Shown here: in pieces, positions 1 to 12,785 of the stretch
How positions within the stretch are numbered: the stretch's first letter is position 1
How the letters are laid out: every line of letters starts with the position of its first letter
DNA from: Dimorphilus gyrociliatus
Taxonomy: Eukaryota; Animalia; Annelida
Direction: 5' to 3'
DNA length: 64,000 bases
Assembly: GCA_904063045.1 (NCBI GenBank)
Contig: CAJFCJ010000042.1
Location: 1-64,000, forward strand
Program-made: the position numbers and the translations under genes
The notes under the pieces: model-generated
The model's database searches: none
What the model saw: only the letters and a program-made list of their open reading frames with translations
What the model was told of the DNA's origin: nothing

Positions 1-31
1 GCCTTTTTATGAAGTTGACTTTATATATATA

Positions 32-220
32 CAGTACCAATAACTGTACTTTGTATAATCATTAAGATTTTTTTCTTTAACATTAATTAGATTTTCCTAT
101 AGTATGACATGACGATTGTAACTTTGTAATCAATATATTCGACAAGTTAAATCTTGAACAAAAAATTTTTTTATTATTATAGAGTATAAAGGGGTCTGTA
201 AAAAAGGGTTATTGGTACAG
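32..220. mobile_element. Small Tc1/mariner-type MITE abutting the Tc1 element
   Basis: CAGTACCAATAAC (32-44) and GTTATTGGTACAG (208-220) are 13-bp inverted repeats with 1 mismatch; TA on both flanks. Confidence 0.5.
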
Positions 221-950
221 TATACAGTATAGGCAAAAAGTCCCCAGCCACCTTGTAAAATTTTTAGTTTAGATGTTGAGATATACTGAATAACTACTTT
301 TAATTGGTAATAATAATTATTAATATTTAGAAACTAATATTCTTTACAAAAAATTATCAAAAAATTGTTTTTCATTTGTAAAATCCAGTTTTAGTAATTA
401 TACCTTGAAAAAAGGGGGTAGGTAAAAATAAGTCACTATCTATTTAATCAAAAACTAGGGGGCTAAGCTGCATAAATCAAATAGGAAATATAATTTTGGT
501 AGTAATTAACAAGATCCGTAATTGGTAAATGGTAAGAAGATAGTTTAAAGAAGAATGATCCATTGAAAATATTTTCATCTATTTCGTCCAATGGACTAAA
601 GAAGAATTTGGAAGGATAGCAAATATTTCTGATTTTCCTTTGAAGATCTTCACGACATTCTATAAAGATGATGATAGAAATTATCCCAAATCGAGGTCAT
701 GTTTAGAATATAAGATAACAAGTCTACACCTGATATGTACTTTTTGTCAATTGAAGTATAGTGCGAACATATTTCATCAGAACTATCAAAACAATTCAGT
801 TCATTGTTACATACAAGATTCTCGCGTATGCATTGATGATTTTTACATTCTCTGTTACGGTTAGGGTTAGATTTCAGGTGTAAAATAATTACTGATAATT
901 TACCTCTCATCTCGAGCATCTTATAATTGTATCTTTGGGTATTCAAAAAA

Positions 951-1789
951 ATGGTGGTCATTGATAAAGGAATTCGTCATTTGGTAGTTGAAAAACACCA
1001 AGAGGGGCTATCATTGAATAAAATTGCCAAAATGTTATAAATTTCAAGGTTCAGTGCCCAAAATATCTGGAAAAAGTTTCAATTGGATGATCAAATATTG
1101 GATACAACAGAAAACATCCCCAAATGCATGGTTTAACCCTAACCCTAACCTAGCCCTTGTCTATCTCTAACCTTTTTGATTACAACTAACCCTTAGATGA
1201 AACCCCCAAACTACAAATCAAAAGCTACTTTACTCCTGCTAACCATTTTTCAATCCAAAATCTTGCTTTCAAAAATCTCACTTGGGGATGTTTTCTGTCG
1301 GCCCCACAAATATTATGCCTTATATCTAGCAGAAATCTTTTCTGAGGAGCAAAAGAAATTTTGTCAGCCTCTAAATTAGCATCAGTAATATCCCTATCTA
1401 CTTGCAAGAATGTTTTAACGAAACAAAACTTGAGAGGCTATGTTGCAGCAAAAAAACCCCTATTTAAAAAAAGGCATTTAATAAATAGGAGAAAGTTTTG
1501 TAAAAGACTTCTCTCTTGGAACACAGAGCAAATTAATTCAATAGTGTTTTCAGATGACACAAGGATAGATTTATATCCAAAACACAGGCAGTTTGTCAGA
1601 AGGCATCCAACAGATAGATTTCAAGCAAAATATGCCATAAAAATGTTTAAAGAGGCAAATGGTTCCCTAAATGTATGGGGTTTTATTAAAAGTGATATTC
1701 CAACTGAATATGTTGAAAAATTGTTTAATAGTTTTAGAAAGAAGCTACAGCTGTGTCTTTTCAATAAGTGTGGTCATACCAAGTATTAA
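951..1789 (+). pseudogene. Disrupted Tc1 transposase
   Basis: HTH start MVVIDKGIRHLVVEKHQEGLSLNKIAKML* has an in-frame stop and a MITE insertion at 1100-1305; IVFSDDTR (first D), SLNVWG and C-terminal GHTKY are present, but the second D and the E region are deleted. Confidence 0.85.
1100..1305 (+). mobile_element. Mutator-type MITE (family A) containing (CCCTAA)n-like motifs
   Basis: Imperfect TIRs GGATACAACAGAAAACATCCCCAA / TTGGGGATGTTTTCTGTCGGCCCC; flanks TCAAATATT / ACAAATATT (9-bp TSD, 1 mismatch); related copies at ~7247, 43387 and 55006. Confidence 0.8.
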
Positions 1790-2769
1790 AAAGGTTTAAA
1801 AGTATTATTACTATATTTTCATAAAATATTATAATAATTCATATATATAAATTGTAAAAGAGTGTCCTAAGGTAGATTTAATGTAAAATATTTAATTAAA
1901 TAGATGGTGACTCATTTTTAACTAACCCCTTTTTTTGAGGTATAATTGCTAAAACTGGATTTTATAAAAGAAAAACAATTTTTTGATAATTTTTTGTAAA
2001 GGATATTAGTTTCTACATATTAATAATTATTATTACCAATTCAAAGTAGTTATTTAGTACATCTTAATATCAAAACTAAAAATTTTACAAGGTGGCTGGG
2101 GACTTTTTGCCTATACTGTATATTATATTCCATTCAACTACTGAATAGTTGTTCTGTGCGAAATATGAAATTCTTTTAATTAAATAAAACTACAATCAAA
2201 ATATCTTTTTAAAAAATTTTCTCATCTTTATTTTTTTTTATTTTTCATTTCTCCATTATCAATGGTCACATGACTCGATGCAGGAGTAGGAGCAATCTTT
2301 CTAGAGTTGTTGAAAAATTAATGCTTTGATTACTTTCAGAGTATAGCATAAAGGCCTGGACTGAAGATTAGGTCAGTTATCAAACGCTGTTTTTGAATAT
2401 TATAAATTCAATATTTATTATTATATGATAATAGAAAATTTAGACAAGATCCCTACTCTCCTACGTAATATCACTCTTTAGATGATTGATATCAATTTCG
2501 TGAAATATTGAGTAAAATTCTATAAATATTTTGGTTAAAAGGCTGCGTTAGCTCCTAAAAATGGTGAAAAATGCTAAATTATTAGATAATTCAATTGTTT
2601 AAAGGTAATAATTGAATAATGAATTAAATAGTTTTAGAGTAATTACTGTCATTATTGAAAAGTTTATAGATGCATTTAAATTAATTAAAAGTTTAAATTA
2701 ATCAATACAAACATATGAAAGATGAATGTAGAACCTTCAAATATGTCAATCATATTTATTTAAATTCTA

Positions 2770-4559
2770 CGAAGGTCACAGTGCTCTGAATTTTAGTTGG
2801 AGAGAATGTTGGCAGCACCGATAGCATTTTGTTACATAATCCTTTATAAATTTAATACATCAACTGCAAATGGAGTAGTATCAAAAGGTAGTGGTGAGAG
2901 AAACGTATGGTTATTCAGTTAAAATCAAATTCTATTTATTAATTAATTGATTATAGATGGAAAACTTATAAATATTGCAAATAAAAAACACTCGGCCAAG
3001 TGTACAGTATCTTCTATCTTGACTACTGGGGTCAATACAAAGTTTTATCTGTTCAAACGCTTTAAAACCAAGATGGCAAAGCGAACTTGAATGGATTTCG
3101 TCTTGTACTTCTCAATCATGTATTCACCAGTAGATAAAACTTACCTTTAAAAAGCAATACGATATTATTGATATATGCTTACATCAGAGAAACAACGACA
3201 ATGTCAGAAAGATTTCGGGATTGAATATTACATTTGAAAAAAACAAGGAAAGAGTTCATTTGAATTTATATGAGACATGTCTCCTACTTAGAAAAAATAC
3301 TGGATTGGCAACTTCCTCTGTAACTTTAAAGCCAAATACAGCTGGCGATGGACAAAGAAAAATCGGATTTCAGTCAATTCTTATATTTGCGTATGACGGT
3401 ACAGAAAATAGTAAAATCAAAGCAGTTTGTTTCAAATGATTATACTTTACAGATGAGGTCACGGATGATACACTGTATACAAATGTAGCTTTGGAGCGTT
3501 TAGGAAAGCGTCTCTTGGTGAATGTGTGAATGCAATCAATCCAAGTGTTAACAGTCATTGTCAAATCGAGTGTTTAGAAATTGATCAATTGGCAAAAAAT
3601 TATCAATATTCTTTACCTGAATGCAATGGACAAATTATAAAAATTACATTTACATTTCCTAATAAACTAGATTTTTTTTGCCTTACAAATGAGTAATCTA
3701 CATCGCTTTGTTTCTTTATATTGATAATTAATACCATTTTGTCCTACTAGCTACGAAAAGAGCGCAGTTAAAGCTAAGGCAGTAAAATGGAATGAACTTG
3801 TTCTATTGGAATTTCAACTTTTTGAGTGTAGCCTCAAGATGTTGATTGTTCTTCTCTAATTTTACGCTTCGTAAATAAAAATGAACAATATTGTTCACAA
3901 AAATTTGACCATTTAAGGGACAACATAGAAGAATCGACCTTTAATGTTCGTGATTCAAAAAGCAAAACGGTTAAATTCAATATTTCGCAATCGTTGGTTG
4001 ATTGGCATAAATGGAATGATTTCTGGCTTGAATTTGCTTTAGAACAAGATAAATTTGGTTTTAGAAAACCAACAGCAAAATCATTATCTTATATTTCACT
4101 TCAAACAGATTTTTACATAAATGTATATAAAATTTTATTCAGAAATCGTTTTGATAATATTGCTAGTTAATGACAAAAGCAAAGTAAATATTAGATTGGA
4201 GAAACTCTGTAACTATTTCTTTTTTGTTTCTTTGTTTCAGATGGTAGAAAGATTACAGTTATAGAGATGAAAGATTACCAGGTTTGTGCACTATACAATT
4301 TTTTCGACGAATTTATACATGGCTGTATCGTTCTCAGTCAAAAATATCATTTTTCGAAATTGAATTACAGCATGATGACCTATTTATGATACGTCTTAGT
4401 AATCCAAAGATATCTTTTAACAAGGACTTTGTGCTTGATGGAGATATCATAAGTAATTCATATTCTCTAGACAAAGGAGATTTTGTGGAATTTAAACAAT
4501 ATTGCGTATCGAATTCTCAATATGAAATGATAAAAATAATAACTTTATTTGTCGAGTAG
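2770..4559 (+). pseudogene. Decayed multi-exon gene with galactose-binding/F5-8C-like domains
   Basis: Exon-like pieces (AKCTVSSI...CSNALKPRWQSELEWISSC; NSHCQIEC...CNGQIIKITF) separated by ~50-60-bp GT-AG introns, with several stops and frameshifts; boundaries approximate. Confidence 0.35.
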
Positions 4560-4800
4560 GCGATAAATTTGAAGAAACTGTTATCTTGGACCTAATATTT
4601 AAGAGATTTCGGAATTTTAATGATAAATTATCATGTGACCTACACACTTCACATTTATTCCAGAGTAAAGGTACACCATACTGAAAAAAAAATTGAGTGA
4701 TTTTAACGAAAAAAACGAGAGTGGATGCAATGCTCTTCTGTTGAGAAGTTCTTTATGCTATTTATCAATTGTTTTTGTCTGTTAAGTACATTAAAATCTC

Positions 4801-6612
4801 TTACAATAAACAGTCTTTTAACAAGTGAAATTCGTTCAAAAGCTTATCTAAGCGATTAATTTGCTCTTTAGAGAGTGAACAATGAGAAAAGTTTACTCTA
4901 AATAGAGTATCTGAGGAGCCTTTTAACCCATTACAAAAAGTTTCAAATCCTTGACCGAAATTACTTGAATAACTTAAGTTTATCTCTTCTAAGGATATCA
5001 TTTCTTTTAATAGGTTACCTAGGCATTTATAGTCCTGGCCCGAAAAGGCAGATTTAGTAAAAAAAATTTTCGTTAATGAAGTCCAACAAGATTTTAGTCC
5101 ATTGCATATATTTTGAAAGATTTCCTCGTCATATTCACAATTCTCCAAGTAGATTTCCCTCAAAGAGCAACAATTGCTCAATAGTTTTTCTAAGGCCCTC
5201 CCTATATTACAATCGAATGATACTTTACTGAATCTAATTTTCAAAAGGGAATTCGAAGAGGTTTTTAAACCATTGCAAATTTTTTCAAAACCTTCTGCAG
5301 AATCACTGGAAGAAGATAAGTCAAATTCTTGCAATAAATTACAATCTAATAGTAAACTTTGCAAGCATACAATGTCGTTTTGAGTGAAGAAACATCCAGA
5401 AAGGGTAATTGATAAGAGAGAATCGGATGAAGATTTCATACTAGTAAATATTTTACCAGCTCTTTCATTGAAAAAGAATCTTAAAGAGAATGTTTGTAAT
5501 GTACTGCAATCGTCTAGCAATATACTCAGTGAATTAATGTTGTGAGAATTTAAAGAGCAGCCAGATAGAGATAGTGTCAAAAGGGATTTCGAAGAAGACT
5601 TTAAACCGTTCAATATCATTAAAAACTCCCCGAAATACTCCTCGTTAGAGCCAATATAAAATTCTTGTAGGCAATTACAGTCTTTCAACAAATCACCGAG
5701 CGAATCGCATTCTTCAGGAGAAAAAATACATCCGTACAGGTCAATCTTCAAAAGCGATTTGGCACATATTTTTAGGCTGTTAAAAATTTGCGTAACCTCT
5801 CTTACACTAGGGCCATCTGAACTTAAATTTATTTCCTGGATTGATTTGCAGTTTATTAACAATTCCCCTAATGAAATGCAGTCATCCCGACTTAGACAGC
5901 AATTTGAAAGGTTGATTTTTAAAAGAGAATTCTTTGAGGATGGAATCAGTGCATCAAACACAGTTTTAAATCTTTCACCATTGAACAAACAGAAACTTAG
6001 ATCAATTTCTTGCAGTGAAACGCAGCAGCGTAGTAAATCACTTAGGCAGTTAACTTCATTCTCAAAAAGATAACATTGAGAGATGTTAATTTTTAGCAGA
6101 GAATTTGATGATACTTTTAATCCTTGACACAATCTTTCAAATCTTTTTTCATGAGAAAGTTGAGTATTCTTAAAGCTGTTTGTACAATTTACTGATTTTA
6201 GCTGTTTAATATTTGATAATAAATTCTCCAAATTCTTTAAATCATCACTTCCAAGTTGGCAATTAATCAATTCTAAATTTTCAATAAGATGAAAGAAGGT
6301 TAAATCCTTTATTGAATTGAAATCAATTAACGATAAAGACTTAATAGGATGATCTTTTAAGAAATGTAATGAATATATATCCTTGTATTTACGTTTATGT
6401 AATGTAGCTTTCGTTAATTGTAGAATATCAGATGTAAACAATTCCAATTCATTAGAAAATATCATATATTTATCTATATTTGCAAATTCAAAAATTTCAT
6501 CGCCAATTCTTGATGGTACAATAAATCTCTCATTCTTACAAATTTTACTAATAATATTTAAATAATTTCTTATAGCTTTCAATGAAAGATACTTCAAAGT
6601 GTAAATAAACAT
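4801..6612 (-). CDS. Intronless ribonuclease-inhibitor-like LRR protein (603 aa) with putative N-terminal VHL-box
   Basis: Repeated ~57-aa double-LRR unit F..ICNGLK.SS.SL..I.LS.C.L...LG.LL..C.SLQEI.LS; N-terminus TLKYLSLKAI...VPSRIGDEI. Confidence 0.85.
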   Translation of the reverse strand: MFIYTLKYLSLKAIRNYLNIISKICKNERFIVPSRIGDEIFEFANIDKYMIFSNELELFTSDILQLTKATLHKRKYKDIYSLHFLKDHPIKSLSLIDFNSIKDLTFFHLIENLELINCQLGSDDLKNLENLLSNIKQLKSVNCTNSFKNTQLSHEKRFERLCQGLKVSSNSLLKINISQCYLFENEVNCLSDLLRCCVSLQEIDLSFCLFNGERFKTVFDALIPSSKNSLLKINLSNCCLSRDDCISLGELLINCKSIQEINLSSDGPSVREVTQIFNSLKICAKSLLKIDLYGCIFSPEECDSLGDLLKDCNCLQEFYIGSNEEYFGEFLMILNGLKSSSKSLLTLSLSGCSLNSHNINSLSILLDDCSTLQTFSLRFFFNERAGKIFTSMKSSSDSLLSITLSGCFFTQNDIVCLQSLLLDCNLLQEFDLSSSSDSAEGFEKICNGLKTSSNSLLKIRFSKVSFDCNIGRALEKLLSNCCSLREIYLENCEYDEEIFQNICNGLKSCWTSLTKIFFTKSAFSGQDYKCLGNLLKEMISLEEINLSYSSNFGQGFETFCNGLKGSSDTLFRVNFSHCSLSKEQINRLDKLLNEFHLLKDCLL

Positions 6613-7246
6613 CTTTATAAGTTATGGTGGTTATAAAAATTGGAAATAACCACGGACTATGTAATTTTCTTTTGGAAAATTTTTCGCTCGCCATATGGAG
6701 TAGTGACATGGAAAAGTGTTATATTTTTACTATCAATATTCATAAAAGATGTCATTTGGCTAATTTTATGATTAAGAGAGGTTGTTGAAATATCTTTTGG
6801 AGAAAGAGCTTCAATTGGAACTGTGTAAAATTTCAAAGGTGCTATCCACTGAAATCTATTTCTTGTTATGACAACTTGATATTTAATTGGGGTAGTAGTT
6901 CCATTAGATAAATGTGTGAATGGAGAATCCGTTTCGATGCTATTCTTTAGATTTTCTCTCAAAATGAAAATAGGAAAAGTATGTTGCTTTTAAACAAATT
7001 AATGTCTATTTGGCACAAACGTTCATCAATAATGGATATCAAGTGTGTAGTATAGCAAAGCTAAGAAATTCCTTATGATTGAGGAATTATTTTTATAATA
7101 AACCAATTATTAATCAATTGTACAACATGATAGAGAATTATTTGTCGAATATATTTTGAAATAAACTTCAAAAAACGATTTTACCAAATATTGATAAAAC
7201 AGAAATCATCAGTAACATCATCTGGTACAAATTAACTCTAAAAATG

Positions 7247-7438
7247 ACAACGACAGAAAACGTCCCCAAAAACATTGTTTAACCCTAACCATTGTCTCTG
7301 CCTAACCTTTTTGATTACCCTAACCCTTAGATGGAACCCCAAACTACAAATCAAAAGCTACTTTACTCCTCCTAACCATTTTTCAATATGAAATGTTGCT
7401 TTCAAAAATCTCACTTGGGGACGTTTTCTGTTTGCCCC
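7247..7438 (+). mobile_element. Family A MITE copy
   Basis: ACAGAAAACGTCCCCAA...TTGGGGACGTTTTCTGTTTGCCCC, colinear with 1100-1305; a 3' end fragment recurs at ~7600-7637. Confidence 0.8.
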
Positions 7439-8320
7439 TGGCTGATTAGGTGTGGTCTATTCAATACTTAAAGCCATCTTGCCATGAAGCTGTCGAAAAT
7501 TTTCCTATCTTCTTTGAACATTGCATAGGTTTTAAATGTTACCATATAAATCAAATTGTGACTCACTGCCACTATAACTTTTTTTGTAAGATAACTATTT
7601 TGCTTTCAGAGATCTCACTTGGGGACTTTTTCTGTCCTCCCTTTTTAACTTCTATCATTTCTCTCACACACTACTCTGTTGCATTTACTCAGCCGTCTGT
7701 GCGTGTCCCCTAAATTATCCTTTTGTTCCTTTAGTCATATTTCAGGTGAATAATCTTCGTTCTTTATTACCATTAGCACTGATTGTACCTATAGACGGTT
7801 CACTAGCCAAAAAATTTTTCTTAAAATTTGTGTATTTATTATTAACTACCAATAACTCAAGAATGTTTGAACAGTAAAATAATAGTATCGACAGCTTTCA
7901 AATTCTATTATCCAATAGTGTTTCTAATTTTCGGAAACAAGGAAAGATTTTAAGCTTTTTTGTGTTGTTTCATGGAAATTCAAGTATTTTCGATAGAAGT
8001 TCCATGAAAAAATTCATTTCAGTAAAGTAAATATTTAATATGTAATTGTCAAAATCCAAAAAAACGCGAAAGTATGTTGCTTAGTTTTTAAAATTGTGAA
8101 AAAACCCCTTTGATAACCTTGTGAAACAAAGAAAAATATCAAAATTGTAATTGATCTGACAATTTTCTTAATGAGTTTTACAAAATATCGATAAAGACCA
8201 TCCATAATTAAAGAAAAAAACACAATAGCTCAGTGCAAATAACTATTGACATTTTATTAAGAAAACTATTTAAAAATCAGAGTTTGCGAAAAAAGAGATT
8301 CTTATGAAAGAAAAAGTGAA

Positions 8321-10510
8321 ATGAATTCCAGCAAATTTCAAATATATATTCTTTGGATATTTTCTCTGCTTTTTCTGCATTGTCAGTGTTTTGTTTCTGA
8401 CGAAGAAAACATTGCAAAATCTAGACCAGTTTATCAAAAACATACACTTAATGATAGTTTCTTGGCTAAATATGCTATTTCTGATGAGCAAAATCCAAAT
8501 TCTCTCTATTCTTTTGATGAAAAATCTCCCGATGGCTGGTTGATAATTGACCTACAAGGTCATTATGATATTCAAGAAATGTGCATATGGAATAGTCAAC
8601 CGTCTGGTAAGTTTAAAAATAGGAAGGAGATTATCAATGTAAAACCATCCAAAAAAAATAGGTAAACTAAGGAATTTTGTGGTTCTTGCTGAAGATTTAA
8701 TGATGGACAATAAAACATTATGTTTTAAAGTTACCGGTCAAGTTAGTCAATATCTTACAGATGAAGCAAGTAGTTACATTTGTAAAATATGCAACTGTCA
8801 GGGACAATTTATAAGATTTCAAAAGAATGAAAATTCTTTCATGTCTATAACAAATATTAAAATAAAGGGAAATTTTTTAAAACATTCAGGTAGAAATCAA
8901 TTTTTTTAAAAACAAATATTTAAATTTTCATAATTTAAAATAAACTGTTTGTATATCTTTTTTAGATGATGCTATTTTTCCTTTAAAAAATACTAATATT
9001 TATTATCAGAATGAATCGAGAAACGACTCGGAATTATTGTTAACTGATACACTTTTTTCAACATTTATCGAAACAGTTGAAGCTTGTTTCACGAATTACG
9101 TAATGATTGATTTGAAGAAGGTCTATGAAATAATTAGGGTGATAATAGATTTGCCAAAAAATGAAGGTTTGAATAATCATATTTGATCATATGATTCATT
9201 TCTGTATTTTTCAGATTCAAAAATGTTTCAAATACAATTTTCTGATTCTAAAATAAAAAGTACAGTTCTTAATAACCAACTGATCAGTGTAAGAGAATAT
9301 ATCACTAATCCTTACAAAAATATCTTTACAACTGAAATAATTCAACTTTCTTCTTATAAACAAACGAGATATTTGCTATTTTTTGGATATCCCGAAAATA
9401 GCAAAAATGCTTCATTAAAAATTTCAAATCTCTACATATACTATAGAAAAAAGTTTGAAAAGGAAAGTCAATTTAGTGAGTTCTATCAATCAATTAATGT
9501 TAGATATATATATATATATAAATATGAAAGCTTTTGCCTAGAATTACAAACCAACAAGATCAAATCAGTTGAGTTAAATAATAAGATTATACCAATAAAA
9601 CTTCAAAATGGTATATTTGGATATAATGAACATAATCTGGATTTAAACAGCAATGATAAATTGAGTGTCTATGCAAAACCAATACTTATGAATTATATCT
9701 GCATGACATGTAAGAAACTATCATTCTACTTCTATATGATATGCTAACAGAAATGGATTTTTCATTGAACAGATGTTGCTCAAGCAAGTGCAGGATTTCA
9801 ATTAAGAATAAAGGCTATTAGCATTGCAAACACTGTTAAATATGATCTTCTCAGGCAGAACACGTGTATTATTTCTACTATTTGTGGGGAAATTGAGTTA
9901 AATTTTTATAAAACTTTCGAGTTTGTTATAATCAAAACATTAATGCTTGTTGAAATTGAATTTTTCTCCAACTTGCTAGAGAGTTATAGTAGGATCATTT
10001 AATAATAAAAATTAACATATTTTATTGATAAATAAAACAGGTCCGCTCAATGAAATTGTTGGAACTTGTGGAACTATTCCAAAGCAGAAAATTCTACTTC
10101 CGAGTTCTCTATTTAGCCGTAAAACTGGCGTTGGTTTAACCGGCTACAATATAAATATGGAAGATATTTTAGTTGTCGCAGGAAAAGATACAGAATCTAT
10201 AAAATGTTCTGATGATGGCGACATCTATTTTAAAGATAACGATAAAATTTATTTCTTTTTTTGCTTGGAAATCATTGAAAGTGTTGAAATTTTTATTTTG
10301 GATCCGAAAATTATTATAACAAACTTCATATTGTTATAAATAAACAAATTGGGACTATTTAATGTTGACCCTAAAGTAGATTCAATTCTCTAATACAAAT
10401 TATATTTATCTATGTATTATTTTCTTAATTTCACCAATTCCTATTGTGTTGTCATGGCAACAGTATCTTTAATACAAAGAGAAGAAGAATGACGAAGAAT
10501 GAGGCAATTA
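8321..10510 (+). CDS. Secreted or membrane multi-domain protein with N-terminal F-type lectin (FTP/F5-8C-like) domain; multi-exon
   Basis: Signal peptide MNSSKFQIYILWIFSLLFLHCQC; ENIAKSRPVYQKHT...AKYAISD...GWLIIDLQGHYDIQEMCIWN and CNCQGQFIRFQK match the FTP fold pattern; phase-consistent introns (8607-8661 and later). The 3' end is uncertain, with a hydrophobic segment near 10400-10465. Confidence 0.65.
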
Positions 10511-10954
10511 AGTAATCAATGTTAATAGCTTCACAAACCACTTTTGCTAAGATAAATTGAAGTTTTAAACAAAGAAACGGTTAATGAAAACTTAGTAAAA
10601 CAATTTATAACTATATTTGAATTGTGATATTTTAAGTAATTTACTACTTGATATGATGAATTAATATTCCTCAAATGGTTCTATACATTTGTTTAATTAT
10701 TAATTGTCTTAAAATTATCTTACAGAACATTTGCCTTCCTTACTGGTAAACAACTCAGTAAAATCTATAATACAGTTCTGGACAAAAATACCTGTATATT
10801 TTTTTTCTTAAATAGAAATATATTGTTTACAATTAAATTATATAATTTAAAAAGCACTTTAAACATCTATATAAATGTAGTTGATGAATGACTAGCGGGC
10901 GTAGGTTATAGCTATTTCCACCGACTAATACAACGCGTTAGAGTTTAAGGTATA

Positions 10955-12258
10955 CAGTAGTCCGCATAAATTTTGGTACCCCCTAAATTTTGATAGGCCA
11001 GATTTAAAATAACGGTCAAAAAATTTTTTCCACGATAATTGTTTTTATTTGTCTAAATTTATATAGATAAAGAGTAATATTTACGTAATATTGAAAAAAA
11101 ATTGAGAAATGATGATATTTGGGAATATTATTAGCAAAATATTTTGAGTAATTTTCGTGAATTTTATCTTTATTTGGCCGCATTGCATAATTATTGGTAC
11201 AGACACTTGATTTTCAGTTTGTCATTTAAAAAAATGTTGCAAACTGAAATTTTTTTGACTTATTCAATTCTTCAAGTTAAGTTTGTCTATTATTGTCAAT
11301 TTTAATTATATTACTTAATTATTATTGTATTTATTTAACTATGATGTGGAGTAAAGACATTAGGGATCTTGTACTAAGGAAATATAGGGAAATAGGAAAA
11401 GTAAGAGCAACAGCAAGGGTTTTGGGGATGGCAGCACCATCAGTTAGCAATATTCTACGATACAATCCACCAGAACAGGAGAATAGGGGTTGTCCAAAGA
11501 GACTTACAGAGAGAGACATAGGCAGGATGAAAAGAATAATAAAGAAATTGAAAAGAAATAAGGAAAGAGTGATAGCAGGAAAAATTTTACAGGAATTAGA
11601 AGTAGCTGTTAGCCTAGCCATAATACAGAGAGAGCTGAAAAGACAAAATTTCAAGTATAAACAAGTAAGACAAAGACCTGACCTCACATTCAACAATTGC
11701 AAAAGAAGAAAAATGTATTGCCTTAAGATGATCAGTGATAATCTAGACTGGTCTAAAGTAATTTTCACTGACAAGGCTAGATTCTCACTGAGAGGCCCTG
11801 ATGACTTCAGAACATGGACAAATAATGGTGAAAAAGAATTCAGGGTGACGAAAAATATGGGCAGAGGTGGAGTAATGGTTTGGGGACTCATAACATGGGA
11901 TGGAATATTTGAGATAAGGAGGATAAAGAAGAAACTTAATGCTGACAACTATAGCAGTTTTATTGTGGAAGATGTTCTGCCTGTAATAGAAGATATATCA
12001 GCAAAAATGGGGAGGCAGTACATCTTCCAGCAAGACAATGCTGGGTGCCATACTGCTAGGACAACTAAAAGAGCCTTTCAAATGAATGGCATCCACCCTC
12101 TTGATTGGCCAGCAAAGAGTCCTGACCTCAGCCCAATTGAAAACATGTGGCATTTGACCAAAAAACTAGTATATGATGGTCCGCAATTGGAATCTGAAGA
12201 GGAATTATGGAAGAAAATCCAAAAGTGCTGTTATGAGGTCATAAGTAATAATAAGTAA
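10955..12258 (+). mobile_element. Tc1 (DD34E) element, 5' TIR present, 3' end truncated
   Basis: TA-CAGTAGTCCGCATAAATTTTGGTACC at 10953; inner direct repeat GCATAATTATTGGTACA at ~11186 (IR/DR-like); no matching right TIR found. Confidence 0.8.
11341..12258 (+). CDS. Tc1-family transposase, DD34E, C-terminally truncated
   Basis: HTH N-terminus, FTDKARF, VMVWG, FQQDNAGCHT and WPAKSPDLSPIENMW; 34 residues between the second D and E; lacks the usual C-terminal GG.TKY segment. Confidence 0.9.
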   Translation: MMWSKDIRDLVLRKYREIGKVRATARVLGMAAPSVSNILRYNPPEQENRGCPKRLTERDIGRMKRIIKKLKRNKERVIAGKILQELEVAVSLAIIQRELKRQNFKYKQVRQRPDLTFNNCKRRKMYCLKMISDNLDWSKVIFTDKARFSLRGPDDFRTWTNNGEKEFRVTKNMGRGGVMVWGLITWDGIFEIRRIKKKLNADNYSSFIVEDVLPVIEDISAKMGRQYIFQQDNAGCHTARTTKRAFQMNGIHPLDWPAKSPDLSPIENMWHLTKKLVYDGPQLESEEELWKKIQKCCYEVISNNK

Positions 12259-12704
12259 TAACGTATAAAACTGATAAAGGGGGTAATGAAATATGGTGGA
12301 TTTTAAATGTATAGATGTAACGAAATACTGTATATATATTAACGTAAGGTAATTTGGCTCGCTGCCAAATTTAGGCGATGTACCCATTGACTACATAAAT
12401 ATGTTTTTGGTCTAAATGATTTTTAAAACATTCAAATTTCAACAAATTAGTTGTTACAGACATTTCTTTCAAAATGAAGTACCATACACAAATCCGGAGA
12501 ATTTTTAATGCACAAGGGTTAAATTTTTAGCTATTCTAGAGATATATATTAGTATATATACTCTAGAGACAAGCTTCATGTTGGTGGAGGAGGAATGACG
12601 ATATATCCTCAGATAGTGAAGTTTTTATTCAAAGTCTTCCCTCTAACATATCTAGAGAAATTTGCTCTTAACCACCTATGGGATAAAATACAGATATATC
12701 CATT

Positions 12705-12785
12705 GGGGTCGGACATTTCATTCCGTTGGCCTGGACCTTTCGTCCCTTTTTCCTGGACATTACGTCCCTTTAGCATGGACATTTT
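12705..12785. repeat. Degenerate GGACATTTCGTCCC-type tandem motifs (MULE subterminal-repeat remnant)
   Basis: Four imperfect GGAC(A/C)TT(T/A)CGTCCC units resembling the reverse complement of the 57962-58081 array. Confidence 0.45.

Larger units (their letters stand above)
225..2118 (+). mobile_element. Non-autonomous Tc1-like DNA transposon with ~225-bp TIRs
   Basis: CAGTATAGGCAAAAAGTCCCCAGCCACCTTG... at 225 is mirrored by ...GGTGGCTGGGGACTTTTTGCCTATACTG ending at 2118; inverted similarity extends to ~450 and ~1892; TA duplication at 223-224 and 2119-2120. Confidence 0.92.

Noticed and set aside
1130-1200. Interstitial telomere or chromosome-fusion site
   Set aside because: Only 2-3 CCCTAA units, always inside the family A/B dispersed repeats.
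11331-11948. 205-aa minus-strand ORF
   Set aside because: Antisense shadow of the Tc1 transposase; likewise the + strand ORFs inside the LRR genes (5174-6565, 25897-26208, 61240-62074).
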